64,000 nucleotides of DNA from a virus (IMGVR_UViG_3300031992_000021:1-64000); one strand, 5' to 3'. Positions 16,562 through 27,635 are shown, numbered from the stretch's first letter. Numbers and translations are program-made. Notes: generated from the sequence alone by a model not told the origin.

Positions 16562-17182
16562 TTATTTTAGAGTGCAGTTCGGATATCTTGCCACCCGCTT
16601 CATCGAAAATGAGCCGCAGAGGGGCGTGATGTCGCTTACGAGGCATCCGAGGGTGCGCGTTGGGCTTACATGTCCGTAGGCATAGCATCCACAGCCTATC
16701 TGGCCTGTGACATAGCCCTTTATCGTGCCTTCGTTCGGACCGTATCCGGCAAGGGTGATGATGAGTGTGTTGTCAGGCTCGTCTTCGCCGATGTTGTATG
16801 AGGGGTCGAGGTCGAGGCTGAACCTGATGTTGGTGTTCTTGAACACGCCGGTCTTGTTGCTGCCGATGTACCGCCACATGACGTCCTCGGCCGCGGTATC
16901 TCCGTACGTCACGCACTTGCCGGAGACCTTGTGTGTTTTGTTGACGACGTCGTAGACCTCGATGATCGGCTCGGTCTGGTCCTTGCCGAGCGCCTTGTCG
17001 ACGTAGACATAGGCAACGATCTTCTGGGACTGCACCTTGCGGTAGCCCTTGGATTTCATGTTGTCGTACACACGAGGAACCTTGAGGTTCATCGTGAGCT
17101 TGTAGGCGACTACTTCCGCGCCGGCCGCGAAGGCGAAAGCGGATATCAAGGCCGCCATGGCGATCTTGAGTTTCGTTCTCAT
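16562..17182 (-). CDS. secreted hypothetical protein
   Basis: Sec-type signal peptide (...AFAAGA|E), 206 aa. Confidence 0.75.
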   Translation of the reverse strand: MRTKLKIAMAALISAFAFAAGAEVVAYKLTMNLKVPRVYDNMKSKGYRKVQSQKIVAYVYVDKALGKDQTEPIIEVYDVVNKTHKVSGKCVTYGDTAAEDVMWRYIGSNKTGVFKNTNIRFSLDLDPSYNIGEDEPDNTLIITLAGYGPNEGTIKGYVTGQIGCGCYAYGHVSPTRTLGCLVSDITPLCGSFSMKRVARYPNCTLK

Positions 17183-17194
17183 GCCATTATCATA

Positions 17195-17545
17195 TCATTT
17201 CTGGCGAGAGGACGCATTCCCCTTTACGAGGTCGAGGGCCTTTCCGAGGAAGATGACGCCGACGAAGAACGTGAAGTACCCGCACATGTCGTGGACAATT
17301 CCCGTTCCGATCTCATACGACATGGCTGAGGCCACGACGATGATTGCGATTCGCAGGACGTTCTGGGCGATCGCGAGCGCGGCTCCGCAGAGGAGGACGA
17401 GGCAGAACCTATGTGGCCTGAGCCTGTTCAGGACCGCCAATGCAATGGCTAGGCAGAGCATCGACACCATGCTGTTGATGCCTATGCACTCCTTCGTGAC
17501 GTTCAGGGCGTGTCCGCAGAACCTTATCGTGAATATCGGTTCCAT
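17195..17545 (-). CDS. minimal exosortase/archaeosortase-family protein
   Basis: V..ECIGINS (Cys), NVLRI (Arg), VHD..G (His) with three hydrophobic helices. Confidence 0.75.
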   Translation of the reverse strand: MEPIFTIRFCGHALNVTKECIGINSMVSMLCLAIALAVLNRLRPHRFCLVLLCGAALAIAQNVLRIAIIVVASAMSYEIGTGIVHDMCGYFTFFVGVIFLGKALDLVKGNASSRQK

Positions 17546-17550
17546 GACGC

Positions 17551-18123
17551 TTACGATAGATGCTTGGCAAGCTCACGGTCGAGGCTTCCGTCGGATATGT
17601 ATTTCTCGGCGTCATTGCGTGTGAAGCCAGGATTGCGCCTCATGATGACGCGCAGCAGGCGATCGTGGCATGACAGGGCGGCCTTCTTCTCAAGCTTCTT
17701 GGCCATTCCGAGCACGGCCTTGCGGGCCTTTTCGGACGGCTTGGGAAGAGCGTCCGGCCAGCCTCCGAGGATCTTGCCCGTGTTCTGCTCCACCGACACC
17801 GCACGGTCGTCGAACAGCGCGACCATCGAAGCGTCCTTGACGTACGTGACCTCCGGAGTGAAGCCGAGGTTCTTCTGGCACCACTCCTCGACATACGCCC
17901 TGGCCTTGGCGCTGTCGTTCTCTCCGTCTCTCGGCGCGACTCTGGCCGTGAGGATCTTGATCTTCTTTCCGAGCCAGTGGAGGAGCTTTGCCATGATCAC
18001 CTGCGACTCCACCGGTTCTCCGATGTGGTCTATGCCCTTCCACCCGTCGTACTTGGCGAGAGTGCCGTCGAGATCGAACCCGATCCACTCCTCTTCGTTG
18101 CTTCCATGCGTGTCGTTCTTCAT
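17551..18123 (-). CDS. HAD-superfamily hydrolase (phage type)
   Basis: WIGFDLDGTLA, ILTAR, T..KD..M..LFDDR. Confidence 0.85.
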   Translation of the reverse strand: MKNDTHGSNEEEWIGFDLDGTLAKYDGWKGIDHIGEPVESQVIMAKLLHWLGKKIKILTARVAPRDGENDSAKARAYVEEWCQKNLGFTPEVTYVKDASMVALFDDRAVSVEQNTGKILGGWPDALPKPSEKARKAVLGMAKKLEKKAALSCHDRLLRVIMRRNPGFTRNDAEKYISDGSLDRELAKHLS

Positions 18124-18161
18124 TTTTTCTCCTTTTATGAGCCGGCTGGGCTCGATGAACT

Positions 18162-21100
18162 TTACGGACTTGAGCTATCGGCGCCCAACGTCTTCAGAAC
18201 AGACCATTCGGATCCCGTGCCCTTGTATGGCGTCATGTTTGACACCTCGGAACCAGGCGGCAGGTATAGTGTGCCGTTCGGGGCTACTTCATTTGCCCAG
18301 TTAGAGTAGGTGGCCGCGTCTGGGTCTGCCATGAACATGAGCGCTATCTCGCCAAGGTTTGTGCATCCGTTGAACATTCCATTCATGGCGCCGCTTGCCG
18401 ACGTCTCTGCGGCGATGAATACGACAAGCTGTCCTGTTCCGAGATTCTCGCATCTGTTGAACATGTTTTCATAGCAGTTGTTCTCAAGGGATTTCGCAGG
18501 AAGCGACGGGGCATCCGCGATGGCCGTAGACCAGAACATGCCATAGTAGCAGTATTTCGCAAGCACAAGCGCCGGCAGCTCCGGTGCGACACGAAGGCTC
18601 TCGCATCCGAAGAACATATTGTAGAAACATCTTTCTCCAAGCGGTATGTTCTCCGCCGGCATTGTCGGAACGAGTGCGTACGGATCCGAACTGCCGTCGT
18701 CCGCTCCAAGGCTTTTACAATTATAGAACATCGAGTAGCAGCAACTCGATCCAACGGATTCGACCCTGCTGAAGTCTATTCCTCCGGCAGACGAGATGTT
18801 GTAGCAGCTGTAGAACATGTACTCGCAGCAGCTTTCGCCCAGGACCACAGGACTGATCGACGGAGCGATTTCAAGACCGTAGTACCCCGATATTCCGGTG
18901 GTGACGTAGCATTCGGAACCGCATCCATAGAACATGTATTGGAATGCCCGTTCGGCGATGACGTCGCATTCGGGCATTGCCGGCGGCGTCTTGAGGCTTT
19001 CGCAATCCCTGAACATGCTCTCACAGCACAACTTCGGCGCCTCTGACAGATGCGACAGGTCTACACTTCCTGCGTCGGTCATGTTGCGGCACTCCCTGAA
19101 CATCTCTGCGAAGCATTGCTCTCCGGCGTTAGTCACGCTGATCGAAGGAGCCGCCTCAAGGCCTGAGTACTCCTTGAGGCAGTTGCTGTCCGGGATGCTG
19201 ACGACGAACTCATTGCTTCGGATGTTGGTCTCCTCGAAATGGAACGCATGGAACTTTCCGCCTTCGCACGTGACGGTGGCCGCATTGCCTTCTTCGTCTA
19301 TGATTGAAGCACCATATATCTCGACCGTGAATCCAAATGCGTCTCCCACCCCGACAATCAGCCAGAACGACCTCCTGTACGGAAGGTCTTCAAGATGGAA
19401 CGGGAAGACTTCTCCGTTTCCTGTGATCAGGTTCACCTTTCCGTTTTCTATTTCTGTGACGTTGTTATGGGACCACGCATACGTCGTCTGCCTGTTGGTG
19501 TACGACCCGGTCTGGTAGAACATCTGGTAGCAGCACTTCTTGCCCATTGTCGTCGCAGAGATCGACCTTCCAGACGCATTCTCCATTCCCGTGCATCCGT
19601 AGTACATCTGGTAGCAGCACTCTTCGCCCATGGTATCGGCCGACATGGACGACGGATACCTGAGCGAAGTGCAGAGGGAGAACATCTGATAGCAGCATCT
19701 GTCGCCCAATAACGCTCCGGATATCGAAGGGCCGGAGGTAAGGCTTGAACATTTCAGGAACATCTGGTACAAGCACTCGTCGGCTATGTCGCCCGATGTC
19801 GAGAGACTTACGCTCGAGGCGGATGTCAATCCCGTACATCCGTAGAACATCTGGTAGAATCCGCGTTCCGCCGTCTTGGATATGGATATCGCCGGCGCCG
19901 TGGACAGAGACGTGCATTCGGCGAACATCTCCTTGCAGCATTCGTATGCCATCGACGGGATTCCGGACAGATGGACGTAGCTTACGTCCGTGAGACGTTC
20001 GCACCTGTAGAACATCCTTGAATAGCAAGATTCGTACAGGGCTTTGCCGCTTGGCAGGATGGGTGCATGCGTAAGGTAGGAACATCCAAGGAACATCATC
20101 TCGAAGCAGCGGTCGGCAAGCGCCGTTATGCTAGACGCTGTTCCGGATGCCGGCAGGAGCGACCTCATATACTTGAAGTTCTCGTTTGTGCATTTCGCAA
20201 ACATCTCGTAGCAGCACTTGTGAGCCATCTTCTTGGCCGACAGCCTTATCGCGACATGTGTGCTGTCCGGGCTGGTTATTCCAGTGCAGCCGTAGAACAT
20301 GTACTGGTAGCATCCCTCCTCCATTTCCTCTGCCGGGAGGCTGTAATTGGAAAGATTGATCGATGTGCAGCGGTAGAACATCGAATCGTAGCACTTCTTC
20401 GCAAGCGTAGTGCGTGGAAGCGATGGCACGGACTGAAGCGACGTACATCCCGAGAACATCGACTGGTAGCACCCCTCGGCAAGCGGAACTCCGGCCCCAG
20501 GAAGCACGGGTGGCGTCTCCAGACCTGCGCAGTTCGCGAACATTCCGCTGAAGCACTGAACGGACATCGCCGTTATTCTCGTCGAAGACCCGCTTTTCGG
20601 AAGGACGTTCGCGGCGGTCGTGATTCCGGTGCACCCAAGGAACATGTTGCAGTAGCAGCGCGGAGCCTCGGAGAGGTCCGTTGCCGGAAGGTTATGGATG
20701 CTAGACACGGAGGTGCAGTTTGCAAACATCTCCTCGTAGCACGACGTAGCAAGCGTTTTCGAAGGAAGGATTGGCACATTGGATATCCCGGTACACTCTC
20801 CGAACATGCCGAAGAAGCACGACGGAGCCAATGCGACATCTGGGAACGACGGAAGATTGTCCACAGAGTCGCTCCTCACGAGAGACTCGCACCCGCGGAA
20901 CATCTCGTAGCAGCACGAATCGGCAAGCACGGTCACGCTTGAGAGCGCGAACGGAGTCGCGTCGGACAGCGATGTGCATCCGTAGAACATCTGAGCATAG
21001 CATGAATCCGACAGGACCGTGGCCTCAAGAGACGGGATCGTCTGCAGGCTCTCGCACATGTAGAACATCGCCTGAAAGCACGACGGAACGAGCGCAACTT

Positions 21101-24100
21101 CGCTTGACGGCATGACAGGCGGAGTCGTAAGCGACGTACACCCGGAGAACATCTCGTAGCAGCACGAATCTGCAAGCTCGTCGACGCGAAGATCCACAGA
21201 TCCTGCATTCTGCAAGCTCACGCAGTCCATGAACATCTGCGTGAAGCACTGGTCGGCCACGGAGGCGACTTTCATTCCAGGAGCCGTCGAGAGCCCGACA
21301 AAGACCTCCTCGCCATCCTCTTCGTACGAATATCCGCATCCGGCGAACATCTGGTCGAAGCAAAGCTTCGCCATGGAATGCGTGCCGGCATTCGGAAGCA
21401 GCGGGGGCGCAGAAAGCTTCTCGCATCCATAGAACATCTGCTCGCAGCAGCTTTCGGCCATGTCTACTCGCAGGTTCACCCCAGATGCGTCTGACAGGTT
21501 GAAGCAGTTTCTGAACATTCCGACCATGCAGTTGGAAGCCATGGACGAAACGGTTATGGAAGGCGCTGTGGCCAATCCGGAATATGTCCGTTCAGATCCT
21601 TCTCCGTTCCTCTCTCCGCACCCCTCGAACATCGACATGCAGCAGGAATCCGACATCTCTCCGAACGACATCGGCTGGACGCTCGATATGCTCTTGCAGC
21701 CTCGGAACATGTTATTGAAGCACATTGACCCCGACGATCCGACCGTGATCGATCCGACGGACGACAGACTCGAACAGCCAAAGAACATCTGTGCGCAGCT
21801 TGACGGTCCGACAGTTGTCGCGGATATCGATCCTGAAGACGTGATTCCGGTACAGTCGCTGAACATGCTATAGCAGCATCTCTCGCCCATTGTAGAGGCG
21901 CTGATGGCTGGAGAGGATTTCAGTCCATGGCAGCCGCTGAACATGTTGATGTAGCAGTATGGCGCGAGATCGGATGCGGACGGCAACGCTCCGCTTGCTA
22001 TCCCGTCCACGCCAGACTGCGTTCCGAGTCCGGTGCATCTGCTGAACATCGAATAACAGCAATACTGGCCGAGTGCAGTCGCCTTGATCCTGCCGGCCGC
22101 CAACGTCTTGAGGCCCGTGCATCCCTCAAACATGCTGCTGTAGCAGTATGTGGCGCTTGATATGTTTGTGGCCTTCAGGACCGGTATGTCGGAAAGACCC
22201 GTGCATCCGTAGAACATTTGCTTGTAGCATCCGACAGCAAGGGAGGTTGCCGGAAGGGCGTCGCTCGCAACTCCTGCCACGCCAGACTGCGTTCCGAGGC
22301 CTGTGCATCCGTAGAACATGCCTAAGTAGCATTCGTATCCGAGCCTTGTGGCTCTCAGCCTTCTGGAGGGAACAGTCTTGAGCGCAACGCATCCTTTGAA
22401 CATGCACTGGTAGCACCTGTCTGCAGACGAAATGTCCGTCGCCGGAAGGTTCGGGACGACATTCAGTTTCGTGCATCCCTCAAACATGCTGCAGTAGCAT
22501 TCGACGGCGCCAGACATATTTGTGGCAGGCAGGGCGTTTGCCGCAATTCCGTCGACTCCCGACGTTCCGCCTAGGCCCGTGCAGTCTTGGAACATTCCAT
22601 AGCAGCAGTAAGGCCCCATCGTCGTGGCCTTGATCTTGTTTGCGGGAACGGAGCTCAGTCCTGAGCATCCACTGAACATCTCCCTGTAGCAGTTTGCCGC
22701 GGAAGATATGTTCGTGGCCGGGAGCTCGGGAATCTCCGTTAGACCAGAGCATCCACTGAACATGCCGTAATAGCATGATTGCACAACAGACGTGGACGGA
22801 AGCGACATCGAGGCGGATGTCGTATCCGCCGACCGCGACGCATACACATGATACTCGAAGTCGAACGAAGTAGATGTCCTCACGCCGTCATAGCCATCTA
22901 CTCTCACCTGAGTGTTTTTTATTCTGAGAACTGTTGGAGTGCCTGACGACGGAACCTCAATCAGCGCCATGTCTACATACTCGGCCTGCCTCAGGTAGTC
23001 TGGATAGTCCTCGTTGTCTGCGTATGGTTTGTAGGACTTGTTTTTTGCGACTGCGTATACGCATCCGGACGGAGGCTCCTTGTCGAACGTGAAGTATCCG
23101 TTGTACCAGGACGTGTCGTAGGCCGTGGCCGTCACGGTGCGCGACCCCGTGAAGCTCACGGTTGTTGAATTTCTGGTTCCTGTTCCTGTTGCCACAACCG
23201 AAGTGATTCCGTTGTTCTTGTTCACGTCGATGAGGCGGCAGCTGATGTTCCCGCGCCAGTCCGGTGCGCCGTTTACGACTGCGTACAAGTGTCCGTCCGG
23301 AGGCTCGGGACTGAACGTCCATGACTGGGAATCCAGCTGCGCGAAGTATGTGTGGAACGTAGCTTGCACGTCGTAATACATGTTTCCGAACGACGCGGAA
23401 GACGAACCGCTTGCAACATTATTGCTGCTTACCGCCTCATATTCTTCGAGGACCCTTTCATAGTCCCACTCGGTCCAGTCCGTGTCCGCACCTTCCGGAA
23501 CCTTCAGAAGCGAAAGATGGTCGTCGTCCCCATAGACATATCCGGCCGGAGCCTTTGCGACAGCGTATTTATATCCAGACGGAAGGTCTCCGTATGGAGA
23601 AGTCCAGCTGAATGTCCACGATCCAAGGCCGCTCACGAAACTGGAGATGCCGGAGCAGCCGGCGAACATTTCGCGATAGCACGACTCCGCAAGCGTCGCA
23701 TCGGGGAGCTGGTATGCCTTTGTGATCGACGAACATCCCTTGAACATGTATTCATAGCACGACGGAGCGAGCGTAGTGGACCTGAACCTGGGAGCCTCGG
23801 TTATGGAGGTGCACCCGTTGAACATCCCGCTGCAGCAGTATTCCGCAATAACGCCGTCCGATGTTCCCAAGGCATAGATGGGATATACGGTAGCGATGCT
23901 CACGCATCCTGAGAACATGTCTTTGTAGCACGACTTGGCAAGAGTTGTGGCAGGAAGCGAAATCGACCTTGATAGGCTCGTGCATCCATAGAACATGGCT
24001 TCATAGCAGCTCTCGGCAAGAACCGTAGATGTCAGACGAAAACCGTAGAATCTTTCCAGATTCAGACTTGTGCATCCATAGAACATTCCCTTGTAGCACG

Positions 24101-27100
24101 CCTTCGCCATGTCGGCATTGTAAGACCACCCATCGTAGAATATACCCTCGAGCCCTGTGCATCCATTGTACATTCCCTCGAAGCATCCTTCGGCAAGCGT
24201 GGAAGGCGTAGGGAACATGATATCTTTTATTCCGGCACATCCGCTGAACATGTAGGAACAGCACTGATTCGCCATTGTCGAAGATCCTACATCGACGTAC
24301 AGAAGGCTTGCGCAGCCGTCGAACATGTGCGTGAAGCAATACGGCTGGAGAGTTGCCGTCGTAATCGAGTTTGGCGTGCCGGAAAGTTTCACGCATCCGC
24401 GGAACATATGCGCACAGCACCGCGATGCAAGCGTGGAGTTCTGTGTGACGAGAGCTGTCACGCCGCGCATCGTCACCAGACCTGTGCATCCGTAGAACAT
24501 GTTCTCGTAGCACGAATCGCTCAACGTGGTGGCAGGGAGCGCGGCGGATGCCTTCAGGCTTGTGCAGTCTTGGAACATGGACTTGTAGCACGCCTCGGCG
24601 AGCGCCATTGCCGGCAACGCGTTCTCCTCAAGACCTTCTACGTTCTCGTCGCTCCCAAGGCCCGTGCATCTATAGAACATCTCCTCGCAGCAATGCGGAC
24701 CCATCTTAGTCGCCTTGATGGTCCCTTCCGGAATGCCATTCAGGCCCGTGCATCCGTAGAACATGCCCTTATAGCATCCATCCGCTCCGGACAGGTCCTT
24801 TGCGCAAAGAGCAGGGACATTCTCCATAGCAACGCATCCGTCGAACATGTGCGTGCAACAGTACTGGGCCATTGAAGCGTTCTCGTCGGACAGCGAGACG
24901 ATGCCGCTCACGTCGTTGAGGGACGTGCATCCGTAGAACATGTACGCGCAGCAGTATTTCTCGAGCGTGGTCGCGCTTACGGAAGGAGCGGACGTCATCG
25001 CGGTGCATCCGGCGAACATGTACCCGAAGCAGTATTCGCCAAGCGTAGTGGCGTCTATGGATGGAGCCGCTCCGAGAAGTATGCAGTTGTAGAACATCCC
25101 GTAGCATGCGCCGTACCCGATCGTTCCGCCGTCGTCGAACGCAGCTATCTCCCCCACGGTCACGAGAGCCGAACACCCGTTGAACATGCACTTGCAGCTC
25201 GACTCCTCCAGGCTGGTGGCGTCTATCGCCGGCGACGTCTCAAGCGCGGTGCATCCGCTGAACATGTACGAATAGCATCCGAGCGCGAGCGACGAGGATC
25301 CGAGGCGCGAGACGTTCTTGAGATTCCTGCATCCGGCGAACATGTACGAGCAGCATGCCTCCGCCATCGCCACCGACGGAACGGAAGGGGCCGTCACGAG
25401 GCTCGAACACCCGTTGAACATCTTGTAGAAGCACCTCGGCGCAAGAGTGGTGGCAGATATGCTTGTGGCCGTCGTAAGTCCAGAGCACCCGGAAAACATG
25501 TACGCGCAGCACGATTCGGCCATTTCGGATGCCGCGACGTTAGGCGTGGTTCCAAGCGACGTGCAGTCCTGGAACATGCCGTAGAAGCATTCCAATGCAC
25601 ATGTCGAAACAGACGAGAAAAGGCCCGATCCGAAAATAGTCAAGGACGTGCATCCGGAGAACATCTCACGGCAGCACCCTTCATCCATGCCGGCAGGAAG
25701 CGCGAACCCGGATATGGAAGTCATGCCAGAGCATCCGGAGAACATATTCGCGTAGCATCCGCTCTTGAGCGTTTTTCCGGATGGCAGAGACGGCATGCTA
25801 GGGATCGATGTCAGCCCAGAGCATCCGCTGAACATCTCATTGAAGCAGTCCGCTGCGAGGTCCGTCACGCTTCCGATAGAGAACTGGTTCGTTCCGTTCC
25901 TCGTAAGGCTCAAACACCCGCTGAACATTCCACCAAAGCATCCGTCTGCCATTTCCTGCGGAACGAACCCCCTTGCAGTCGTGAGGCTCGTGCATCCTGC
26001 GAACATGTACGAGTAGCAGTTTGCGGCCAACGCAAACCCTGAAACGCCGCTTCCGGGGAGGATTGGAGATGTCACGATCGCCGAGCATTCGCTGAACATG
26101 CTCTGGAAGCACTCGGACTCCAACGAGGTGACGGAAGTGAACAGGTTTCCGTTTATTCCGCCAGAAAGAAGCATGGAGCACCCGCTGAACATGTTCCGGC
26201 AGCAGGCAAACTTCATGTCTCCGTAAAGCCTGAAGTTCGTGGCGTCGGTGAGCCCGGAGCAGAACGAGAACATTCCGTCGTAGCAGCAGTCCTGAAGCTC
26301 CACCCCTGATCCCGGCATCGTCGGAACCGTCGACATCCCGGAGCCGGAAAACATCTCCGAGAAGCAAGATTCCGCGAGAGTCGACACGCCGCCAAACCCG
26401 AATCCGCTGCCGAAGCTCGAGTTCGTGATTCCGGCGCATCCGCTGAACATACCGTAGAAGCAGCCCGTCTTCATCTCGGACGGAACATAGAAACCGGTGA
26501 CGGACGCAATGGCGCAGTTGCGGAACATTCCCTCGTAGCATCCGTTCTTCAGCGCAGACAGCGAGGGAAGCGCAGCCGTTCCTGACATCAGGACGCATCC
26601 GTCGAACATGTACGAACAGCACGAATCTGCCAATGTCGTAACGTGAGAAAGCGACGGCGCGGCAGTCAGGTGGTCGCAGTCAAGGAACATTTCATGGTAG
26701 CAGCCCGTCTTCAGGATTTCTGCAGGCAGAGAAGGGGCCGACGTCATCCTGTCGCATCCGGCGAACAGGTTTGCGAAGCAGTATTCCGACGGTATCTCGG
26801 TCTTGTCGGCGAAAGACCTGTAGAGCAGCGACATGATGTTGCCGCCGCAGGCGCATTTGGCGAACAGATCCTCCAGGAACAGATCGCCTTCTTCGCTCGG
26901 GCTTTCGATCTTGAAACACCTGTAGTTGCCGTCGTCAACGCTGAAACCGGTGTTTCCGTAATATCCAGAGCGAAGATACAGCCTAGTTCCGACGGGTATC
27001 GTCACCGCCGTGCCGTCCACCGGGAACGACGACCAATTCCCGGACCCGGTAGTCGACTTCTCAAGCGTTACAGAAGGAAGACCGTTGCCATGGCTTTCAA

Positions 27101-27158
27101 GACATACTGTGATATCTGCTCCGGTAGCCTCAAGATAGAATGGTGTCGTATCCGCCAT
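18162..27158 (-). CDS. giant Cys-rich BspA/DUF285-type leucine-rich-repeat protein (2998 aa)
   Basis: Dozens of ~25-aa repeats CY..MF.GCTSL..AP.LPAT.LA..C; GGAGGAG RBS. Confidence 0.85.
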   Translation of the reverse strand: MADTTPFYLEATGADITVCLESHGNGLPSVTLEKSTTGSGNWSSFPVDGTAVTIPVGTRLYLRSGYYGNTGFSVDDGNYRCFKIESPSEEGDLFLEDLFAKCACGGNIMSLLYRSFADKTEIPSEYCFANLFAGCDRMTSAPSLPAEILKTGCYHEMFLDCDHLTAAPSLSHVTTLADSCCSYMFDGCVLMSGTAALPSLSALKNGCYEGMFRNCAIASVTGFYVPSEMKTGCFYGMFSGCAGITNSSFGSGFGFGGVSTLAESCFSEMFSGSGMSTVPTMPGSGVELQDCCYDGMFSFCSGLTDATNFRLYGDMKFACCRNMFSGCSMLLSGGINGNLFTSVTSLESECFQSMFSECSAIVTSPILPGSGVSGFALAANCYSYMFAGCTSLTTARGFVPQEMADGCFGGMFSGCLSLTRNGTNQFSIGSVTDLAADCFNEMFSGCSGLTSIPSMPSLPSGKTLKSGCYANMFSGCSGMTSISGFALPAGMDEGCCREMFSGCTSLTIFGSGLFSSVSTCALECFYGMFQDCTSLGTTPNVAASEMAESCCAYMFSGCSGLTTATSISATTLAPRCFYKMFNGCSSLVTAPSVPSVAMAEACCSYMFAGCRNLKNVSRLGSSSLALGCYSYMFSGCTALETSPAIDATSLEESSCKCMFNGCSALVTVGEIAAFDDGGTIGYGACYGMFYNCILLGAAPSIDATTLGEYCFGYMFAGCTAMTSAPSVSATTLEKYCCAYMFYGCTSLNDVSGIVSLSDENASMAQYCCTHMFDGCVAMENVPALCAKDLSGADGCYKGMFYGCTGLNGIPEGTIKATKMGPHCCEEMFYRCTGLGSDENVEGLEENALPAMALAEACYKSMFQDCTSLKASAALPATTLSDSCYENMFYGCTGLVTMRGVTALVTQNSTLASRCCAHMFRGCVKLSGTPNSITTATLQPYCFTHMFDGCASLLYVDVGSSTMANQCCSYMFSGCAGIKDIMFPTPSTLAEGCFEGMYNGCTGLEGIFYDGWSYNADMAKACYKGMFYGCTSLNLERFYGFRLTSTVLAESCYEAMFYGCTSLSRSISLPATTLAKSCYKDMFSGCVSIATVYPIYALGTSDGVIAEYCCSGMFNGCTSITEAPRFRSTTLAPSCYEYMFKGCSSITKAYQLPDATLAESCYREMFAGCSGISSFVSGLGSWTFSWTSPYGDLPSGYKYAVAKAPAGYVYGDDDHLSLLKVPEGADTDWTEWDYERVLEEYEAVSSNNVASGSSSASFGNMYYDVQATFHTYFAQLDSQSWTFSPEPPDGHLYAVVNGAPDWRGNISCRLIDVNKNNGITSVVATGTGTRNSTTVSFTGSRTVTATAYDTSWYNGYFTFDKEPPSGCVYAVAKNKSYKPYADNEDYPDYLRQAEYVDMALIEVPSSGTPTVLRIKNTQVRVDGYDGVRTSTSFDFEYHVYASRSADTTSASMSLPSTSVVQSCYYGMFSGCSGLTEIPELPATNISSAANCYREMFSGCSGLSSVPANKIKATTMGPYCCYGMFQDCTGLGGTSGVDGIAANALPATNMSGAVECYCSMFEGCTKLNVVPNLPATDISSADRCYQCMFKGCVALKTVPSRRLRATRLGYECYLGMFYGCTGLGTQSGVAGVASDALPATSLAVGCYKQMFYGCTGLSDIPVLKATNISSATYCYSSMFEGCTGLKTLAAGRIKATALGQYCCYSMFSRCTGLGTQSGVDGIASGALPSASDLAPYCYINMFSGCHGLKSSPAISASTMGERCCYSMFSDCTGITSSGSISATTVGPSSCAQMFFGCSSLSSVGSITVGSSGSMCFNNMFRGCKSISSVQPMSFGEMSDSCCMSMFEGCGERNGEGSERTYSGLATAPSITVSSMASNCMVGMFRNCFNLSDASGVNLRVDMAESCCEQMFYGCEKLSAPPLLPNAGTHSMAKLCFDQMFAGCGYSYEEDGEEVFVGLSTAPGMKVASVADQCFTQMFMDCVSLQNAGSVDLRVDELADSCCYEMFSGCTSLTTPPVMPSSEVALVPSCFQAMFYMCESLQTIPSLEATVLSDSCYAQMFYGCTSLSDATPFALSSVTVLADSCCYEMFRGCESLVRSDSVDNLPSFPDVALAPSCFFGMFGECTGISNVPILPSKTLATSCYEEMFANCTSVSSIHNLPATDLSEAPRCYCNMFLGCTGITTAANVLPKSGSSTRITAMSVQCFSGMFANCAGLETPPVLPGAGVPLAEGCYQSMFSGCTSLQSVPSLPRTTLAKKCYDSMFYRCTSINLSNYSLPAEEMEEGCYQYMFYGCTGITSPDSTHVAIRLSAKKMAHKCCYEMFAKCTNENFKYMRSLLPASGTASSITALADRCFEMMFLGCSYLTHAPILPSGKALYESCYSRMFYRCERLTDVSYVHLSGIPSMAYECCKEMFAECTSLSTAPAISISKTAERGFYQMFYGCTGLTSASSVSLSTSGDIADECLYQMFLKCSSLTSGPSISGALLGDRCCYQMFSLCTSLRYPSSMSADTMGEECCYQMYYGCTGMENASGRSISATTMGKKCCYQMFYQTGSYTNRQTTYAWSHNNVTEIENGKVNLITGNGEVFPFHLEDLPYRRSFWLIVGVGDAFGFTVEIYGASIIDEEGNAATVTCEGGKFHAFHFEETNIRSNEFVVSIPDSNCLKEYSGLEAAPSISVTNAGEQCFAEMFRECRNMTDAGSVDLSHLSEAPKLCCESMFRDCESLKTPPAMPECDVIAERAFQYMFYGCGSECYVTTGISGYYGLEIAPSISPVVLGESCCEYMFYSCYNISSAGGIDFSRVESVGSSCCYSMFYNCKSLGADDGSSDPYALVPTMPAENIPLGERCFYNMFFGCESLRVAPELPALVLAKYCYYGMFWSTAIADAPSLPAKSLENNCYENMFNRCENLGTGQLVVFIAAETSASGAMNGMFNGCTNLGEIALMFMADPDAATYSNWANEVAPNGTLYLPPGSEVSNMTPYKGTGSEWSVLKTLGADSSSP

Positions 27159-27179
27159 TTAGCTCCTCCCGTCAAATCC

Positions 27180-27226
27180 TGAAGCCTCCGCCCAGCCCGC
27201 GTGATGCGAGTCGGGCGGAGGCTTCA
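27180..27226. terminator. strong hairpin (terminator or processing site)
   Basis: TGAAGCCTCCGCCC...GGGCGGAGGCTTCA inverted repeat with no clear U-tract. Confidence 0.5.
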
Positions 27227-27246
27227 CATTCCTGGTCTCGCCCAGG

Positions 27247-27612
27247 CTACTTCATCCAGTTTTCGATCGCGTCCTTGACGGATCCAATGATCTTCTCGAT
27301 CTCCTCCTTGGTCAGGCTGCCATCCTCGAGAGCGTCGGGGATTGTCTGTATGGCCGCCTTCAGACGGAGATAGTCGTTCGCCCATATCGCAGGGCAGTAC
27401 TTCTCGTACTTGGTGAGGTACTTCAGGATCGTGAGCGCGAACTCGCGAACCTTCTGCACGTTGCCGGCCACGCCCTCCCTGTTGAGGAAGTCGTTGAGAA
27501 GCTTGAGCAGGTAGTCAGTGGCAGACTCGAATCCGCCGAACATGAACTTCACGCCAAGCACGATCTTGTTCCACAGTCCCATGGTCTTTCCTTTCTTTGG
27601 GTTTCTTGACAT
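27247..27612 (-). CDS. hypothetical protein
   Basis: 121-aa ORF. Alternative start ATG 27582 with AAAGGA; TGATATAAT 7 nt upstream of 27612. Confidence 0.75.
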   Translation of the reverse strand: MSRNPKKGKTMGLWNKIVLGVKFMFGGFESATDYLLKLLNDFLNREGVAGNVQKVREFALTILKYLTKYEKYCPAIWANDYLRLKAAIQTIPDALEDGSLTKEEIEKIIGSVKDAIENWMK

Positions 27613-27635
27613 GTCCTATATTATATCAAATTGAA

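Noticed and set aside
18162-27158. Diversity-generating retroelement target in the LRR gene
   Set aside because: No reverse transcriptase or adenine-specific TR/VR pair was seen. The short DNA repeats reflect protein repeats.
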